This document shows, piece by piece, positions 48,617 to 58,557 of a stretch of DNA of 64,000 nt. Below the pieces are notes generated by a model. It was not told where the DNA came from and made no database searches. It saw only the letters and a list, made by a program, of their open reading frames with translations. The DNA is from an uncultured Candidatus Bathyarchaeia archaeon (GTDB taxonomy: Archaea > Thermoproteota > CALKCG01 > B24 > JAWCPE01): positions 98 to 64,097 of the forward strand of contig CAYRUY010000003.1 in NCBI GenBank assembly GCA_964427455.1, read 5' to 3'. The position numbers and the translations under genes were made by a program. How positions within the stretch are numbered: the stretch's first letter is position 1; each line of letters starts with the position of its first letter.

Positions 48617-49351
48617 CTAGCTTCTTACACCCGTGAAGAAGTAAAGCCACTCCATCGGTTCATCAGTGTGGTTGATGGACGAATGATTCACGCCGGCAGG
48701 GATGAACGCGGCGTCCCCTTCACGTTGCCACCGGATGCTTTGCCCTAGGAAGAGCAGGCTTGTGCCCCTCAGCTGATACCAGACCTCGTCCGCGTCCGCA
48801 AACCCCGGATGCGGCTCTGCGATGCTCATTGGAGGAATGGTTATGTGCCCTATGCCTCCACGGATGCTCACCAGCCCGTCCTGGGTTCCAAGCAGCGTTC
48901 GCCCGAGGTGCGCCCAGTGCCAGGGACCGCCCATAGTAACCTCATGGTAGTTTCTCACGACCAAGCCCTTGGGCTCTCCCACAGCTTCTCGGGGCACCTC
49001 GTCCACGATCCTCAGAAGCTCGAGCGGTCTCTCGACGCCACATATCACCGAATGCCTTAACCCAGCAGGGATAAGCACTGCTGAGCCCTCCCTGATGGTC
49101 GTATCCTGGCCGTCGCATGTGATGATGCCAGTTCCTCTGCAGACGTAGAGCACCTCTTGTTCATCTCGATGTGTCGTCGGTTCGGGCGTGGTGCCGACAT
49201 CGATCCAGCCTCTTGAGAAGCTCTTGAGGACGCTGAGGACTGCGCCTGGTCCAGCTGGCCCTCGCAGCTCAATCCTCGTGAAGATAGTCCTCTCGACAAT
49301 GTTCCCATGGCTAAGGGCGACGGGACAGTCTCGCCAATTCCTCACAGTCAT
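48617..49351 (-). CDS. Bicupin protein (paralog of the 2182..2919 product)
   Basis: The shared motifs 'HGNIVERTIFTR', 'VRNYHE' and 'HSSINHTDE'. Confidence 0.55.
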   Translation of the reverse strand: MTVRNWRDCPVALSHGNIVERTIFTRIELRGPAGPGAVLSVLKSFSRGWIDVGTTPEPTTHRDEQEVLYVCRGTGIITCDGQDTTIREGSAVLIPAGLRHSVICGVERPLELLRIVDEVPREAVGEPKGLVVRNYHEVTMGGPWHWAHLGRTLLGTQDGLVSIRGGIGHITIPPMSIAEPHPGFADADEVWYQLRGTSLLFLGQSIRWQREGDAAFIPAGVNHSSINHTDEPMEWLYFFTGVRS

Positions 49352-49775
49352 GTCTTGCAGACCTCGACGGAGGAGCTATCCCGCCCCACGGGGATGTATA
49401 TATCCCTACCGGCTGGCGCTCACGCGTCGAGATCGCGAGACCACTGTCTGTCAGCTGACCAACGAAGAGAGGTACCGTCGAGGTTTTGTGGTAGCGAGCA
49501 TCGCAGGCTTGTTAGGCCGTCTAGAGACGCTTCCGGCGCCGCTCGTTAGGGCTCCAGTCCTGCCATCAACTGAGCGAATGCTTCAGTCATTCCTTCACTG
49601 GAAGTCCTCGTTGCCGAGACTCCCTTGTAGGCGCTCTGCATGTCTGCCTGGAGAGACCACGAACCCGGCTTCGCCCGCGCTCTTCTGTAGCTCTCCTCTC
49701 CACGATCAACGACTCGCAGCTGGTTTCAAAAGCCTTAAGTTAGTTCCGCACTTCGTCTAGGAATCCGGTGTCGAG

Positions 49776-51275
49776 ATGCTACCGGGCCGTGACCATTCGC
49801 GTTGCTTTCTGTCGTTGTTTGTGCTCAGCTCGCTAGGCTTGACTGCTCTGCAGCCGTTCGCCTTCTGTGGGCTTAAGGGTATGCTTGTCCATGGCGCTGA
49901 CGACGCGCAGATCTATTACGGCTTCGTCCCACCCGGAATCTTCTGGTACAAACTAGGACAGAAGGGCTGGTTCAACCCAGAGGAAGCGACCTTGGTCAAC
50001 GAGACGATCACCCGCGAGGCCTTCCTCGCCGTGGCTGGGAACCATGACAGCACGAGCGTGAAGCTGTATGAGCTTCCCAGCGGTAGGCTCCTGGCGGATA
50101 CGAGGTTGGACAAGCTGGGGAAGGCTGTCTTCGCGTTGCCTAACGGTTCCTTCTTCAAGCTCGTGTCCTCCGCGCCAGTAACGGCGGTTCTGATGGGAGG
50201 CGTCGGGGTTGAGCGAGGCCTGTTCGGCCAGCCGCGCCATGTGGAGGGGACGAGCACCTTCTATGCGGATGTGGACGGCCGCTACGCGGGGAAGGAGTTC
50301 ATCTTCATCCCCGTGCACGCGAAGTCGCTTGGTTTCTACTCCGACCTACCGGTCCGCGTCTTAGCCCTAGAGGACAGCGAGGTGACTGTTTCGGACGCGA
50401 ACGGCTCGACGGTCGCCAGCTTCAGGCTTCTAGCTAACGAGGAGAGGGGCCTCGCGCTCATATCCACCGCGGTCTACAGGCTTGTCTCCACCGGCCGAGT
50501 GATGGTACAAGGCTTCGCTGCGCCGCGGTCGCTCTACTACCCCGCCGTAGAGGGAGGCTTCGTCGGCAAGATCTTCTACGGGATAATCTCCTCCGCCGGC
50601 ACCACGGTATACCAGTTCCTCCAAGCCTCCCTCATAGTAACAGCCGTCGAAGACTCGAAGATAACTCTGTATGACGCGAAGTACGGCAAGAAAACTCTCG
50701 ACACGAACGTGCAGGCAGGTCAGATCTTAGAGATCGACGCTGGTAGCCCCGACCTCAAGACGAACCAAATGGTCTTGAGAAGCGACCGGCCTGTGATGGT
50801 GATGCTCCAGACCCGCACGGGAGGCAAGTCAGGCGAAACTTGGCCGTACTCAGCAGGCGGGATAGGACTTGCAGGGCTTAAGGCAGGTCAGACCGCCTAC
50901 GTGAACGTGCCGAAGGGCTGGACCTACGCCTTCGCCGCACAAGAGACCGTCCTAAGCGTCGACGACGTCACCGTGAGGCTCCCAGCGGACGGATACTTCC
51001 CCATCCCAACAGGGACGCATAAGCTCTCGGCGGACGCGAACATCATCCTTGAGTCCATAGACCTCGAGGAGAAGGAGGGCCTTCCCACCTTCGCCACCTC
51101 CCTCCCCTCTGCTCAGTCCTTGGCGCTCACAAACGAGAACCTGAGGCTGAAACCCGTGGTGAGCGAGGAACTCCCATGGACGTACATCGGAGTCGGCGTC
51201 CTCGTAGCCGCCGTGGTCGCCGTGTGGCAGTTATCGAGGCGGAAGACGGCGCACACGCTCGTTGAACAGCTGTAG
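49776..51275 (+). CDS. Member 4 of the secreted, C-terminally anchored repeat-protein family (putative surface glycoprotein)
   Basis: A signal peptide, 'YYGFVP', 'LPNGSFFK', 'YRLVSTGRVMVQ', 'YYPAVEGGFVGKIFYG', 'THKLSADANII' and 'EELPWTYI' followed by a TM helix and an RRK tail. Confidence 0.6.
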   Translation: MLPGRDHSRCFLSLFVLSSLGLTALQPFAFCGLKGMLVHGADDAQIYYGFVPPGIFWYKLGQKGWFNPEEATLVNETITREAFLAVAGNHDSTSVKLYELPSGRLLADTRLDKLGKAVFALPNGSFFKLVSSAPVTAVLMGGVGVERGLFGQPRHVEGTSTFYADVDGRYAGKEFIFIPVHAKSLGFYSDLPVRVLALEDSEVTVSDANGSTVASFRLLANEERGLALISTAVYRLVSTGRVMVQGFAAPRSLYYPAVEGGFVGKIFYGIISSAGTTVYQFLQASLIVTAVEDSKITLYDAKYGKKTLDTNVQAGQILEIDAGSPDLKTNQMVLRSDRPVMVMLQTRTGGKSGETWPYSAGGIGLAGLKAGQTAYVNVPKGWTYAFAAQETVLSVDDVTVRLPADGYFPIPTGTHKLSADANIILESIDLEEKEGLPTFATSLPSAQSLALTNENLRLKPVVSEELPWTYIGVGVLVAAVVAVWQLSRRKTAHTLVEQL

Positions 51276-51424
51276 ACATGCCCAAGGTCGCTAGCTTCCG
51301 AAAGCCCCCAAGGTTGGGTTAACTCTTCGAAGAGGGTTCTGTAGGAGGCTCTCACTGGCAGAGACAGGCCTTCGAGGATATATATGCTTGTTAGGGCGTC
51401 TAGATGCGCCTTCAGCGCGGCGCC

Positions 51425-52663
51425 TTAGGGCTCTAGTCCCCCGCTGGATTGAGCGATGGCTTCAGCTGTTTCCTCCCTGGGAGCCCTCGCCGCAAGTATC
51501 GTCCTCAGTCTCCCCGCCTCCGCCCCGAGAGCCTCAAGCGTATCCAGCAGTGGAGCAAGTGGCGGAGGGCATCCAGGGATGAAGGTGCCCTCAAGCCTGT
51601 TGTAGAAGGTCGGGGCGGCGCAGCTTCCACACAGCAGGACCTTCGTCGCCGCTTTAAGCGGTCTGGCTTCTGGCCCCATTTGGATACGAAGGCCCTCTTT
51701 CATGCCCTCATCATTTGTGCCATACACCAATAGCGCGATTCTTCCGTAGCAGCCAGTGCAGGATCCGCAGTCGACAAGATGGATGTGCTTGTTCCGGAGA
51801 TTGTCGAACTCCACCGCCGTAGTCGTGCTCCTCCTGTAGGCTTCGCTCAGAGGTAGGCCTATCGTCTCTATGCGGTCCTCCATCGCGGTGCCGAGGCCCT
51901 TCTCCTCGGCCCATGAGAGGTACCGAACGGTTCTGGGCTGAACGCCGATGGCCTTCGCCGAGGTCACGTCTACAGCGACGGGGTCGAGCCCCGCCAAGGT
52001 TAGGTCGAGGCGATGCGTCTCCGGGAATTCTTTCCTGGGGCCCCAGTGAAGAGTCGAGTAGGTCCCGTCAACGATGGTCAGGTCAGGCTTCCTGATGTTG
52101 TTCAGGTCTACGATCGCCTCTTCAACCCTGTCTAGCATGTGGTACCACACCTTATCCTTGCGCGGGATAGCACCATAGATGTTCTTGAGAGAAACAGTGA
52201 CGCCGAACGGATGAGTCTTCAACGTGGGGAGGCTGACGTAGACGTCGCAGTCGAGCACGGCCTTTGCGAGTCGGGCCTTCTTGAAGAACAGGGGGTTGGG
52301 CACATCGACCTCTGGAAACGGTTCGTCGTTGAAGTTGACCACCTTCGCTCCGAGCGGCTCGATCAACTCGCGGATTCGGTCGTAGAGCCGAGCTCGGCGC
52401 CCAGTGTAGACCTCGCCTTCGCCGACCAACACATCACTTGCACCGGCAGCGAAGCAGAGTTCGACAACCGTTCTGATCGCCCTTGGGTCCGCGGTCTCCC
52501 CGGTCTCAGCAGAGGCGCCATCAACAAGGTTGGGCTTCACGAGAACCTTGTCGCCCTTACGTACCACGTTCCCCATTCCGCCGATGAGCTTCACTGCCTG
52601 AACGATTCTCTCCTTCAGGTCTTCTGCCCTGACGATGGAAACTGTCGCAGCGCTCAAGGCCAT
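51425..52663 (-). CDS. DUF362-domain protein with a C-terminal Cys-rich (Fe-S-like) region
   Basis: The product has DUF362-like architecture. The C-terminus contains 'CGSCTGC' and 'CGSCAAP...GCPP'. Confidence 0.45.
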   Translation of the reverse strand: MALSAATVSIVRAEDLKERIVQAVKLIGGMGNVVRKGDKVLVKPNLVDGASAETGETADPRAIRTVVELCFAAGASDVLVGEGEVYTGRRARLYDRIRELIEPLGAKVVNFNDEPFPEVDVPNPLFFKKARLAKAVLDCDVYVSLPTLKTHPFGVTVSLKNIYGAIPRKDKVWYHMLDRVEEAIVDLNNIRKPDLTIVDGTYSTLHWGPRKEFPETHRLDLTLAGLDPVAVDVTSAKAIGVQPRTVRYLSWAEEKGLGTAMEDRIETIGLPLSEAYRRSTTTAVEFDNLRNKHIHLVDCGSCTGCYGRIALLVYGTNDEGMKEGLRIQMGPEARPLKAATKVLLCGSCAAPTFYNRLEGTFIPGCPPPLAPLLDTLEALGAEAGRLRTILAARAPREETAEAIAQSSGGLEP

Positions 52664-52799
52664 CGGCTGTGTCTCCCACATCCCCTCTTAATTAGAGTTG
52701 CGCGGAGTGTATTGTCTTCGGCGTGAAAGAACAACGACACAGCGATCTGAAGGCTTTTAAGCGTAAACAGGACGTCGATAACATCTCTGAGGGTTCTAC

Positions 52800-53891
52800 G
52801 TGACACCCCGTGAACGAATGCTGGCAGCTCTTCGTGGCGAACCGGCTGACAAGATCGTCTGGCAGCCTCGATTGCACCACTGGTATGAGGTGAACAGGAA
52901 GCGGGGAACACTGCCCCCAAGGTATCAAGGGTGGGATATCCTCGATATCTACGACGACTTGATGGCCACCCCGCGCTCATACCACTATTTCGGCGACGCG
53001 GTCAAATCGATCGAGAGCGACGATGTAGAGGTCTGGACAAGGAGGACTACGGATACACTCGCAGTTCGATACGTGACGCCCGTAGGTGAGCTACATGAGT
53101 GGAGTCGCATCACCGAGTGGGGGACCTCCAGCATGCACAGGGAGTACCCCGTGAAAGATGTCAAGGACTTCAAGGTGCTCACCTACATCCTGCAGAATCA
53201 ACGTTTCGAGTTTGACCCGAGCCTGTACGAGTACGCGCGGAAGAGGATCGGGGACAGAGCCCCGTCGATCGCGGGTATCCCACATGTTCCGGTCATGAGG
53301 CTCTTCATCTGGTATATGGGCTACGAGCGGGGCATCATCGCTCTATGGAAGCACCCAAAGGAGGTCCAAGAGCTGCTTCAAGTCATGGAGGAGAACGATG
53401 ACAAAAGGCTGGTAGCCCTGAAGGCGTCGCCCATCGAGGTCATCAACTTCGGCGACAATATCCATCACGACCTTTCGACGCCTCCCATCTTCAGGAAGTA
53501 CATCCTCCCCTACTATCAAAGAAGGACGCAGGAGCTCCATGACGCTGGGAAGCTCTGCACGTCTCACTGGGATGGCCGCGTCAAGAAACTGCTGCCCTTC
53601 ATGAAGGAGACAGGCTTGGACGCGATCGAGTGCCTGACCACCCAGCCGCAGGGAGATGTGACCTTTGAAGAACTGCGCGAAGCCATGAAGACAGTCACCC
53701 TGATGGACGGGATGCCCGCCACATACTTCCTGCCCGCCACAAGCGCCACGGAGGTCGCGGCATGTGCCAGGAAAGCCCTAGAACTCTTCAGCCCTCGCCT
53801 TGTGCTCGGCGTCGGCGACATGGTACCGCCAGACGGCGACGTAGAGAAGGTTCGACTCGTGTCGAAGATCGTTGATGACTTCAAGCCCTAG
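52800..53891 (+). CDS. Uroporphyrinogen decarboxylase (URO-D/MtaA-like) family protein
   Basis: 'MTPRERMLAALRGEPADKIVWQP' is a URO-D family N-terminus. It is 363 aa. Confidence 0.6.
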   Translation: MTPRERMLAALRGEPADKIVWQPRLHHWYEVNRKRGTLPPRYQGWDILDIYDDLMATPRSYHYFGDAVKSIESDDVEVWTRRTTDTLAVRYVTPVGELHEWSRITEWGTSSMHREYPVKDVKDFKVLTYILQNQRFEFDPSLYEYARKRIGDRAPSIAGIPHVPVMRLFIWYMGYERGIIALWKHPKEVQELLQVMEENDDKRLVALKASPIEVINFGDNIHHDLSTPPIFRKYILPYYQRRTQELHDAGKLCTSHWDGRVKKLLPFMKETGLDAIECLTTQPQGDVTFEELREAMKTVTLMDGMPATYFLPATSATEVAACARKALELFSPRLVLGVGDMVPPDGDVEKVRLVSKIVDDFKP

Positions 53892-54084
53892 CACTTATGC
53901 CTACGGGATTCCCTCGCTCACGCTCTTGAGAGAGCCCAGAGGAAACATCGGGCCTCCTGATCAGGAGCAGGCTCGGGTCTAGACGTCCACCTGCAGGTCG
54001 AGTAGTCTGTAGGTTCGGTAAATCGCTCTAGCCCTCATGCGTGACGGTTCTCAAAGCCTTGGCACCTAACCTGTGCCAGGCGGG

Positions 54085-54657
54085 CTACAGCCTTCTAACC
54101 CCGCATTGCGGGCAGTAGACTGCCTCAGTTGGTAGCTGGGCGCCGCAGTGCGGACATCGGCTTACGGCTGCGAAGGGAGGTGGAGGCACGGCGCGTTCAC
54201 GCCGTTCCCTTAAGGAGCCCCCAGCTATGCCTCCGAGTGCAGCGAAGAACAGAGCTGGCAAGAGCGTGGCAGCAACCAACTCTGCCAGTTCGAGAGTGGT
54301 GGGGTTCTTCGGTATGAGAGGCAGGTCGTAGATGCCAGACGTGATGATCGCCATGAGGCCCGTGACCGCTAAGGCGCCTCCCATCAGAGCGCCTGCGAGG
54401 GCTGCGGACGCTCCTCTTCTAGCCCCGGGGCCCGCCACGTAACCACCCGCGAGGCCTGCGAGGAACAACGCGGCAACACTTGCAATCGGGTTGATCCAGC
54501 CAAAGGCTAGGCTGAATATCAGGACGAGCAGGAAGGTGACGACTACACCTACGGCGAGGCTTCTGCCCCGTCGCTCTCTGAACAACCGTATAGGCGAAGG
54601 CATCTTCAGCCTCGACTCCGTTCGAGCGGTCGAGATATAAGAGTTGCTTGAGTGCAA
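54085..54657 (-). CDS. Membrane protein with a C-terminal zinc ribbon (architecture like the 41653..42189 product)
   Basis: TM helices followed by 'CPHCGAQLPTEAVYCPQCG'. Confidence 0.4.
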   Translation of the reverse strand: MHSSNSYISTARTESRLKMPSPIRLFRERRGRSLAVGVVVTFLLVLIFSLAFGWINPIASVAALFLAGLAGGYVAGPGARRGASAALAGALMGGALAVTGLMAIITSGIYDLPLIPKNPTTLELAELVAATLLPALFFAALGGIAGGSLRERRERAVPPPPFAAVSRCPHCGAQLPTEAVYCPQCGVRRL

Positions 54658-54748
54658 CCTAGCGAGTGACCCTTCCCCTACGCAAAGCTGAACTGCATGC
54701 TGTCGCCGATGAAGGACTCCTGTAGGACGTTATCGAAGGATACCGCTC

Positions 54749-54967
54749 CTACCCCAGCAGGTTCAGATTCTTAACCGTCTCTGTTATAAGTTGTGTTTGT
54801 CTCTCATCGAATCCCTTCTCTTTTAGCAACGAGCTCAACTTGTCCAAGTCATCGTTCTCATTAATTCCTTCGTCGACAAATCTGACAACCCGTCTTGCGT
54901 CGTGGTATCCGATAGAGCCCACAAGCTCCTTATAGAGTGCCCTCTTGCTCAAGGTTCCCAGCTTCAT
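54749..54967 (-). CDS. Small (72 aa) hypothetical protein, translationally coupled to the last gene of the hydrogenase operon
   Basis: A 4-nt ATGA overlap with the NuoB-like gene. It is acidic and helical, and I recognised no motif. Confidence 0.35.
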   Translation of the reverse strand: MKLGTLSKRALYKELVGSIGYHDARRVVRFVDEGINENDDLDKLSSLLKEKGFDERQTQLITETVKNLNLLG

Positions 54968-55428
54968 CCAGATCCCTCAACGTAGACTTCCTTGGCAATC
55001 TTTTGCTCCATCTTCCCTAAGCAGAGAAGGATGCCGTGTATTATTGCTTCGGGCTTCGGGGGACATCCTGGGACGCAAACGTCAACTGGAAGGACTCTAT
55101 CAACTCCACCCATTGTGGCAAAACTGTCATGCCATATTCCTCCTCCACAGGCGCACGAGCCAATCGCTATGACTATCTTCGGATTTGGGGCGGCTCCATA
55201 CACTGTGAGGAGAGGCTTGAGGGACTGCCTTGTCACAGGGCCTGTTACCAGAAAGACGTCAGCCTGCCTAGGGGAAGCAACGCGCCTGATCCCAAACCTT
55301 TCAACGTCGAAGTACGGTGTGAACACGTCGATGATCTCTATGTCACATCCATTACATCCACCAGTATTAACATGAAAAACCCAAACACTTTTCCCGATTT
55401 TCCTTACCTTCTCGTCAAGTTCATCCAT
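54964..55428 (-). CDS. hycG: Group-4 [NiFe]-hydrogenase small subunit (NuoB/HycG/EchC-like)
   Basis: 'GGCNGCDIE', 'GSCACGGG' and 'CVPGCPP' are the NuoB-type proximal [4Fe-4S] ligand motifs. It is 154 aa. Confidence 0.8.
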   Translation of the reverse strand: MDELDEKVRKIGKSVWVFHVNTGGCNGCDIEIIDVFTPYFDVERFGIRRVASPRQADVFLVTGPVTRQSLKPLLTVYGAAPNPKIVIAIGSCACGGGIWHDSFATMGGVDRVLPVDVCVPGCPPKPEAIIHGILLCLGKMEQKIAKEVYVEGSG

Positions 55429-55960
55429 ACTTCAGGCCTCCCTTATGCGTTTCAGCTAGTCTCTCACTCCACCTCTTCCTTCTGCATTCCAGACAAAGCA
55501 AGATCATCTTTCTGAGCTCCTCCTCATAATCAGTTAGTGCCTCATCGTATGCTGATAGAACGTCCTTCAAGCACTTTTCAGTAGCATGATATGCTCCACA
55601 GCTTTCACACTTGGCAAGCTTGTATTCAGCCACCGTGTCGAGGCGCACGGTGCCTAGTGAAGCGAGCTCGAAAACGTCAGTCAACGTTATAGCGCCTACT
55701 GGACAAGCCTCTTCACATCTGCCGCAAAATATGCATCTACCGTAGAACAACCTTATCGTCCTAACGTTATTGTTGTCCTCCATCGTTAATGCGTTCGGTG
55801 GACAAGTACTGACGCAGCCCCCACAACCTACGCAGGCTTCGAAGTCGATTTCAGGCTTCCCCCTTATGCCTTCAGGAACAGGCGTTTTCTCCTTTGGGTA
55901 TCTGAAGGTTACACGCCCTCGAGTTATCGCGACCTTAAGCAACCTTAAGAGACCGCTCAC
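55421..55960 (-). CDS. hycF: 2x[4Fe-4S] ferredoxin subunit (NuoI/HycF-like)
   Basis: 'CVGCGGCVSTCP' and 'CIFCGRCEEACP'. Confidence 0.75.
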   Translation of the reverse strand: MSGLLRLLKVAITRGRVTFRYPKEKTPVPEGIRGKPEIDFEACVGCGGCVSTCPPNALTMEDNNNVRTIRLFYGRCIFCGRCEEACPVGAITLTDVFELASLGTVRLDTVAEYKLAKCESCGAYHATEKCLKDVLSAYDEALTDYEEELRKMILLCLECRRKRWSERLAETHKGGLKYG

Positions 55961-57630
55961 TTTCCAGCCGCCTTGTTCAGAAGAGCTTCGCTCAAGACAG
56001 TCGCTTCCTTTCCGCTATTGGTATCGACTACCGTGAACCTTTCCATGCAGGAAATGCAGGGGTCAACGCTTCCTATAATTATCGGGGCATCGGCCAGCGT
56101 GTGTCCCCTTAACATGGTGTGGGCTACTTGGAGGTTCGCGTAGGTAGGCGCTCTAACACGCCACCTGTACACAGTGTTCTCTTTTCCGGTCATTAGGAAG
56201 TGAACGTTAGTTCCTCTTGGGGCCTCAGTAAGCCCTATGGAGATTTTCTCTGGAGGTATGTAGTCTATGTACGCATGGACAGGGCCGTTTGGCATGGAGT
56301 TCAAGGCTTGTTCTATGATGCTCAACGCCTCTAGCACCTCCTCTGCTCTCACAACCGTTCTAGCAAAGACGTCGCCTTCAGACATGACGGGGACCCTGAA
56401 ATTGAAATGTTCGTAAGCCTCGTAAGGATAGTCTTTTCTAGCGTCCATGGATATTCCGCAGCCCCGGGCTACGGGACCAACCACCGAATACTTCCTAGCA
56501 TCTTCCTTCGAAAGGTAACCTACACCTTTGAGTCTTCTGATGAAAGTTCCCAGGTTCAAAGCGGCTTCAAGCAATTCCTTGTATCCCTTAGTGACTTCCG
56601 AGATCAATCTAAGCGACTCCTTTCTCTTACGTTCGCTTACATCTCTTCTGACCCCGCCAAGAGCGATCATACCGTAAGTTTTTCTGTTGCCCGTTAGCAG
56701 TTCGGCTAGGAGCATGATCTTCTCTCTAACCCTCCAGAACTGCATAAACCCAGAGTCGAACCCAACCAAGTGAGACGCCACTCCGAGCCATAGAAGATGG
56801 CTATGTATCCTCTCGATCTCTAACAGAATGGTTCTGATCCACTTTGCTCTATCAGGGATGTTTGCTTCAGCCGCCTTTTCCAAGGCCTGAACGAAGCATT
56901 CGGAGTGAGTGAATCCGCATATGCCGCAGATCCTCTCCGCGATGAATGGTATCTTCCCATAGTTCAGCTTTGCTTCAGCGATCTTTTCCACTCCCCTGTA
57001 GTTGAAACCGCCTCTAAAGTCTGCATCTACTATCCTCTCGCCATCCACAAAGATTCTGAAGTGCATCGGCTCCTCCATCGCGAAGTGATAAGGCCCGTAG
57101 GGAATAATGCTGACCCTCTTCTCTGGAACCTTAAACGGATAGCCCTCCTTCTCCGTAGAAGGTGGACGCTGATCATATCGGTAATCTCTCCTCAGGGGGT
57201 AGCTTTGTTCTGGCCAATCGTCTGGAAGGAGAAGTTTCAGAGGGCGAGGGTGGCCGACAGGAGTTAACCCCAGAAAGTCTTTCACTTCCCTTTCATACCA
57301 GTCCGCGCACGGCACGTACGGCGTCGCGGATGGGAAGTCTTCATCACCTCTCGGTATCTTCGTCCTGAATACTGCAAGGATGCCTTTCTCACGCCATCCC
57401 AGGACATAGTCAAGCACAAAGCAGTTGGAAAGATCCCTGGTGTCTGTTCCAGCCATCGTCATAAAGTGCCCGCCAAGCTTGTTATATGCATGGTCTAAGA
57501 TGTCTGGTAAGTCTTTTTTCCTGACCTCGAACATATGGATGTTTCCTCGTACTCTCATGTATTCTATCGTTTTATCACCAAACTTCGCCCTCAGCTCTTC
57601 AATTGCGCGTGAGCCGCTCATCTTATCCAC
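55957..57630 (-). CDS. hycE: Group-4 [NiFe]-hydrogenase large subunit fused to an N-terminal NuoC-like domain (HycE-type NuoCD fusion)
   Basis: The N-terminal Ni-Fe motif 'RICGICGFTHS' (RxCGxCxxxH) and the C-terminal motif 'DPCISCMER' followed by a 26-aa processing tail. The 557-aa length matches HycE-like fusions. Confidence 0.85.
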   Translation of the reverse strand: MDKMSGSRAIEELRAKFGDKTIEYMRVRGNIHMFEVRKKDLPDILDHAYNKLGGHFMTMAGTDTRDLSNCFVLDYVLGWREKGILAVFRTKIPRGDEDFPSATPYVPCADWYEREVKDFLGLTPVGHPRPLKLLLPDDWPEQSYPLRRDYRYDQRPPSTEKEGYPFKVPEKRVSIIPYGPYHFAMEEPMHFRIFVDGERIVDADFRGGFNYRGVEKIAEAKLNYGKIPFIAERICGICGFTHSECFVQALEKAAEANIPDRAKWIRTILLEIERIHSHLLWLGVASHLVGFDSGFMQFWRVREKIMLLAELLTGNRKTYGMIALGGVRRDVSERKRKESLRLISEVTKGYKELLEAALNLGTFIRRLKGVGYLSKEDARKYSVVGPVARGCGISMDARKDYPYEAYEHFNFRVPVMSEGDVFARTVVRAEEVLEALSIIEQALNSMPNGPVHAYIDYIPPEKISIGLTEAPRGTNVHFLMTGKENTVYRWRVRAPTYANLQVAHTMLRGHTLADAPIIIGSVDPCISCMERFTVVDTNSGKEATVLSEALLNKAAGK

Positions 57631-58550
57631 CCCGCACTAGTCGCGAAAAGTGAGACAATCAACGTGGCTGACGAAATGACCAAAACATACCCGGCGAACT
57701 TTGCCGCCTCTAATAACCTAAACCTCGTACTTAGAGACTCAGCTAGCGATATAACAACAGTGCATAGCAGTACGCTCAGAGCGTACAGAAGGACGGAGGC
57801 AAGTGAGAACTCTCCCGGTGTAACCCTCAGCGGGATAAGCGCGCCGATGAAGAACTTTGCCATAGAGAAAAGAGCGAGGGCTCGCACAAGCTGGCCGAAT
57901 CTGATGAAAGCAAGAAGCTTTCCACTGAATTCCGTCAGAGGGCCTCCGGTTAATTCGGATTCCGCCTCGGGTATGTCGAACGGCACCCTCCCACTCTCGG
58001 CTATAAGGCAAAGGAAGTATGCTATCATGGCTGCAGCGAGCCAAACACTGAGATAGCGACCTTCCATGTTTTTTGTGATGTCGCCAAAGAACAGGGACCT
58101 CCCCAAAATGGCTAAGTTGGCTAGCGACACTATTATTGACGGTTCAATCAGGGTGGCAAGGATCACTTCTCTAGAGCCGCCCACGATCCCATAGGGATTT
58201 CCGCTTACGCTTCCGGCGATTGCCAGTAGAAAAGCTGACAGAACAGCCAAGTGAATGAACACTACGATCCCCCCTTCTGTCAGCGGGTCGATCGTTATCG
58301 TCGGTACTACCGCAAACATAGACAAAGACACAGTAAACGAGACTGCTGGAACCACTAATGCTAGGAAACTGCCTGTCTCGGGCACCACCGTTTCCTTTCG
58401 GAAGAGCTTCGACAGATCGTACCACGTTTGCAATACTGGTGGTCCCATCCTATTCTGCAACCTCGCCGTAAGCTTTCTCCTCACACCATCAAGTGTCGGC
58501 GCGACCGATATCGCCAGAAGCAGATTAAGAACCAAGATCGGCCAGTTCAC
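57618..58550 (-). CDS. hycD: Membrane subunit NuoH/HycD/EchB-like
   Basis: 'MNWPILVLNLLLAISVAPTLDGVRRKLTARLQNRMGPPVLQTWYDLSKLF' parallels the E. coli HycD N-terminus. Confidence 0.8.
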   Translation of the reverse strand: MNWPILVLNLLLAISVAPTLDGVRRKLTARLQNRMGPPVLQTWYDLSKLFRKETVVPETGSFLALVVPAVSFTVSLSMFAVVPTITIDPLTEGGIVVFIHLAVLSAFLLAIAGSVSGNPYGIVGGSREVILATLIEPSIIVSLANLAILGRSLFFGDITKNMEGRYLSVWLAAAMIAYFLCLIAESGRVPFDIPEAESELTGGPLTEFSGKLLAFIRFGQLVRALALFSMAKFFIGALIPLRVTPGEFSLASVLLYALSVLLCTVVISLAESLSTRFRLLEAAKFAGYVLVISSATLIVSLFATSAGWIR

Positions 58551-58557
58551 CGCAGCT

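Noticed and set aside
55957-57630. The possibility that the large subunit is a Cys-less complex-I-like NuoD and not a true hydrogenase.
   Set aside because: Both the N-terminal RxCGxCxxxH motif and the C-terminal DPCxxC motif are present, so a [NiFe] site is expected.
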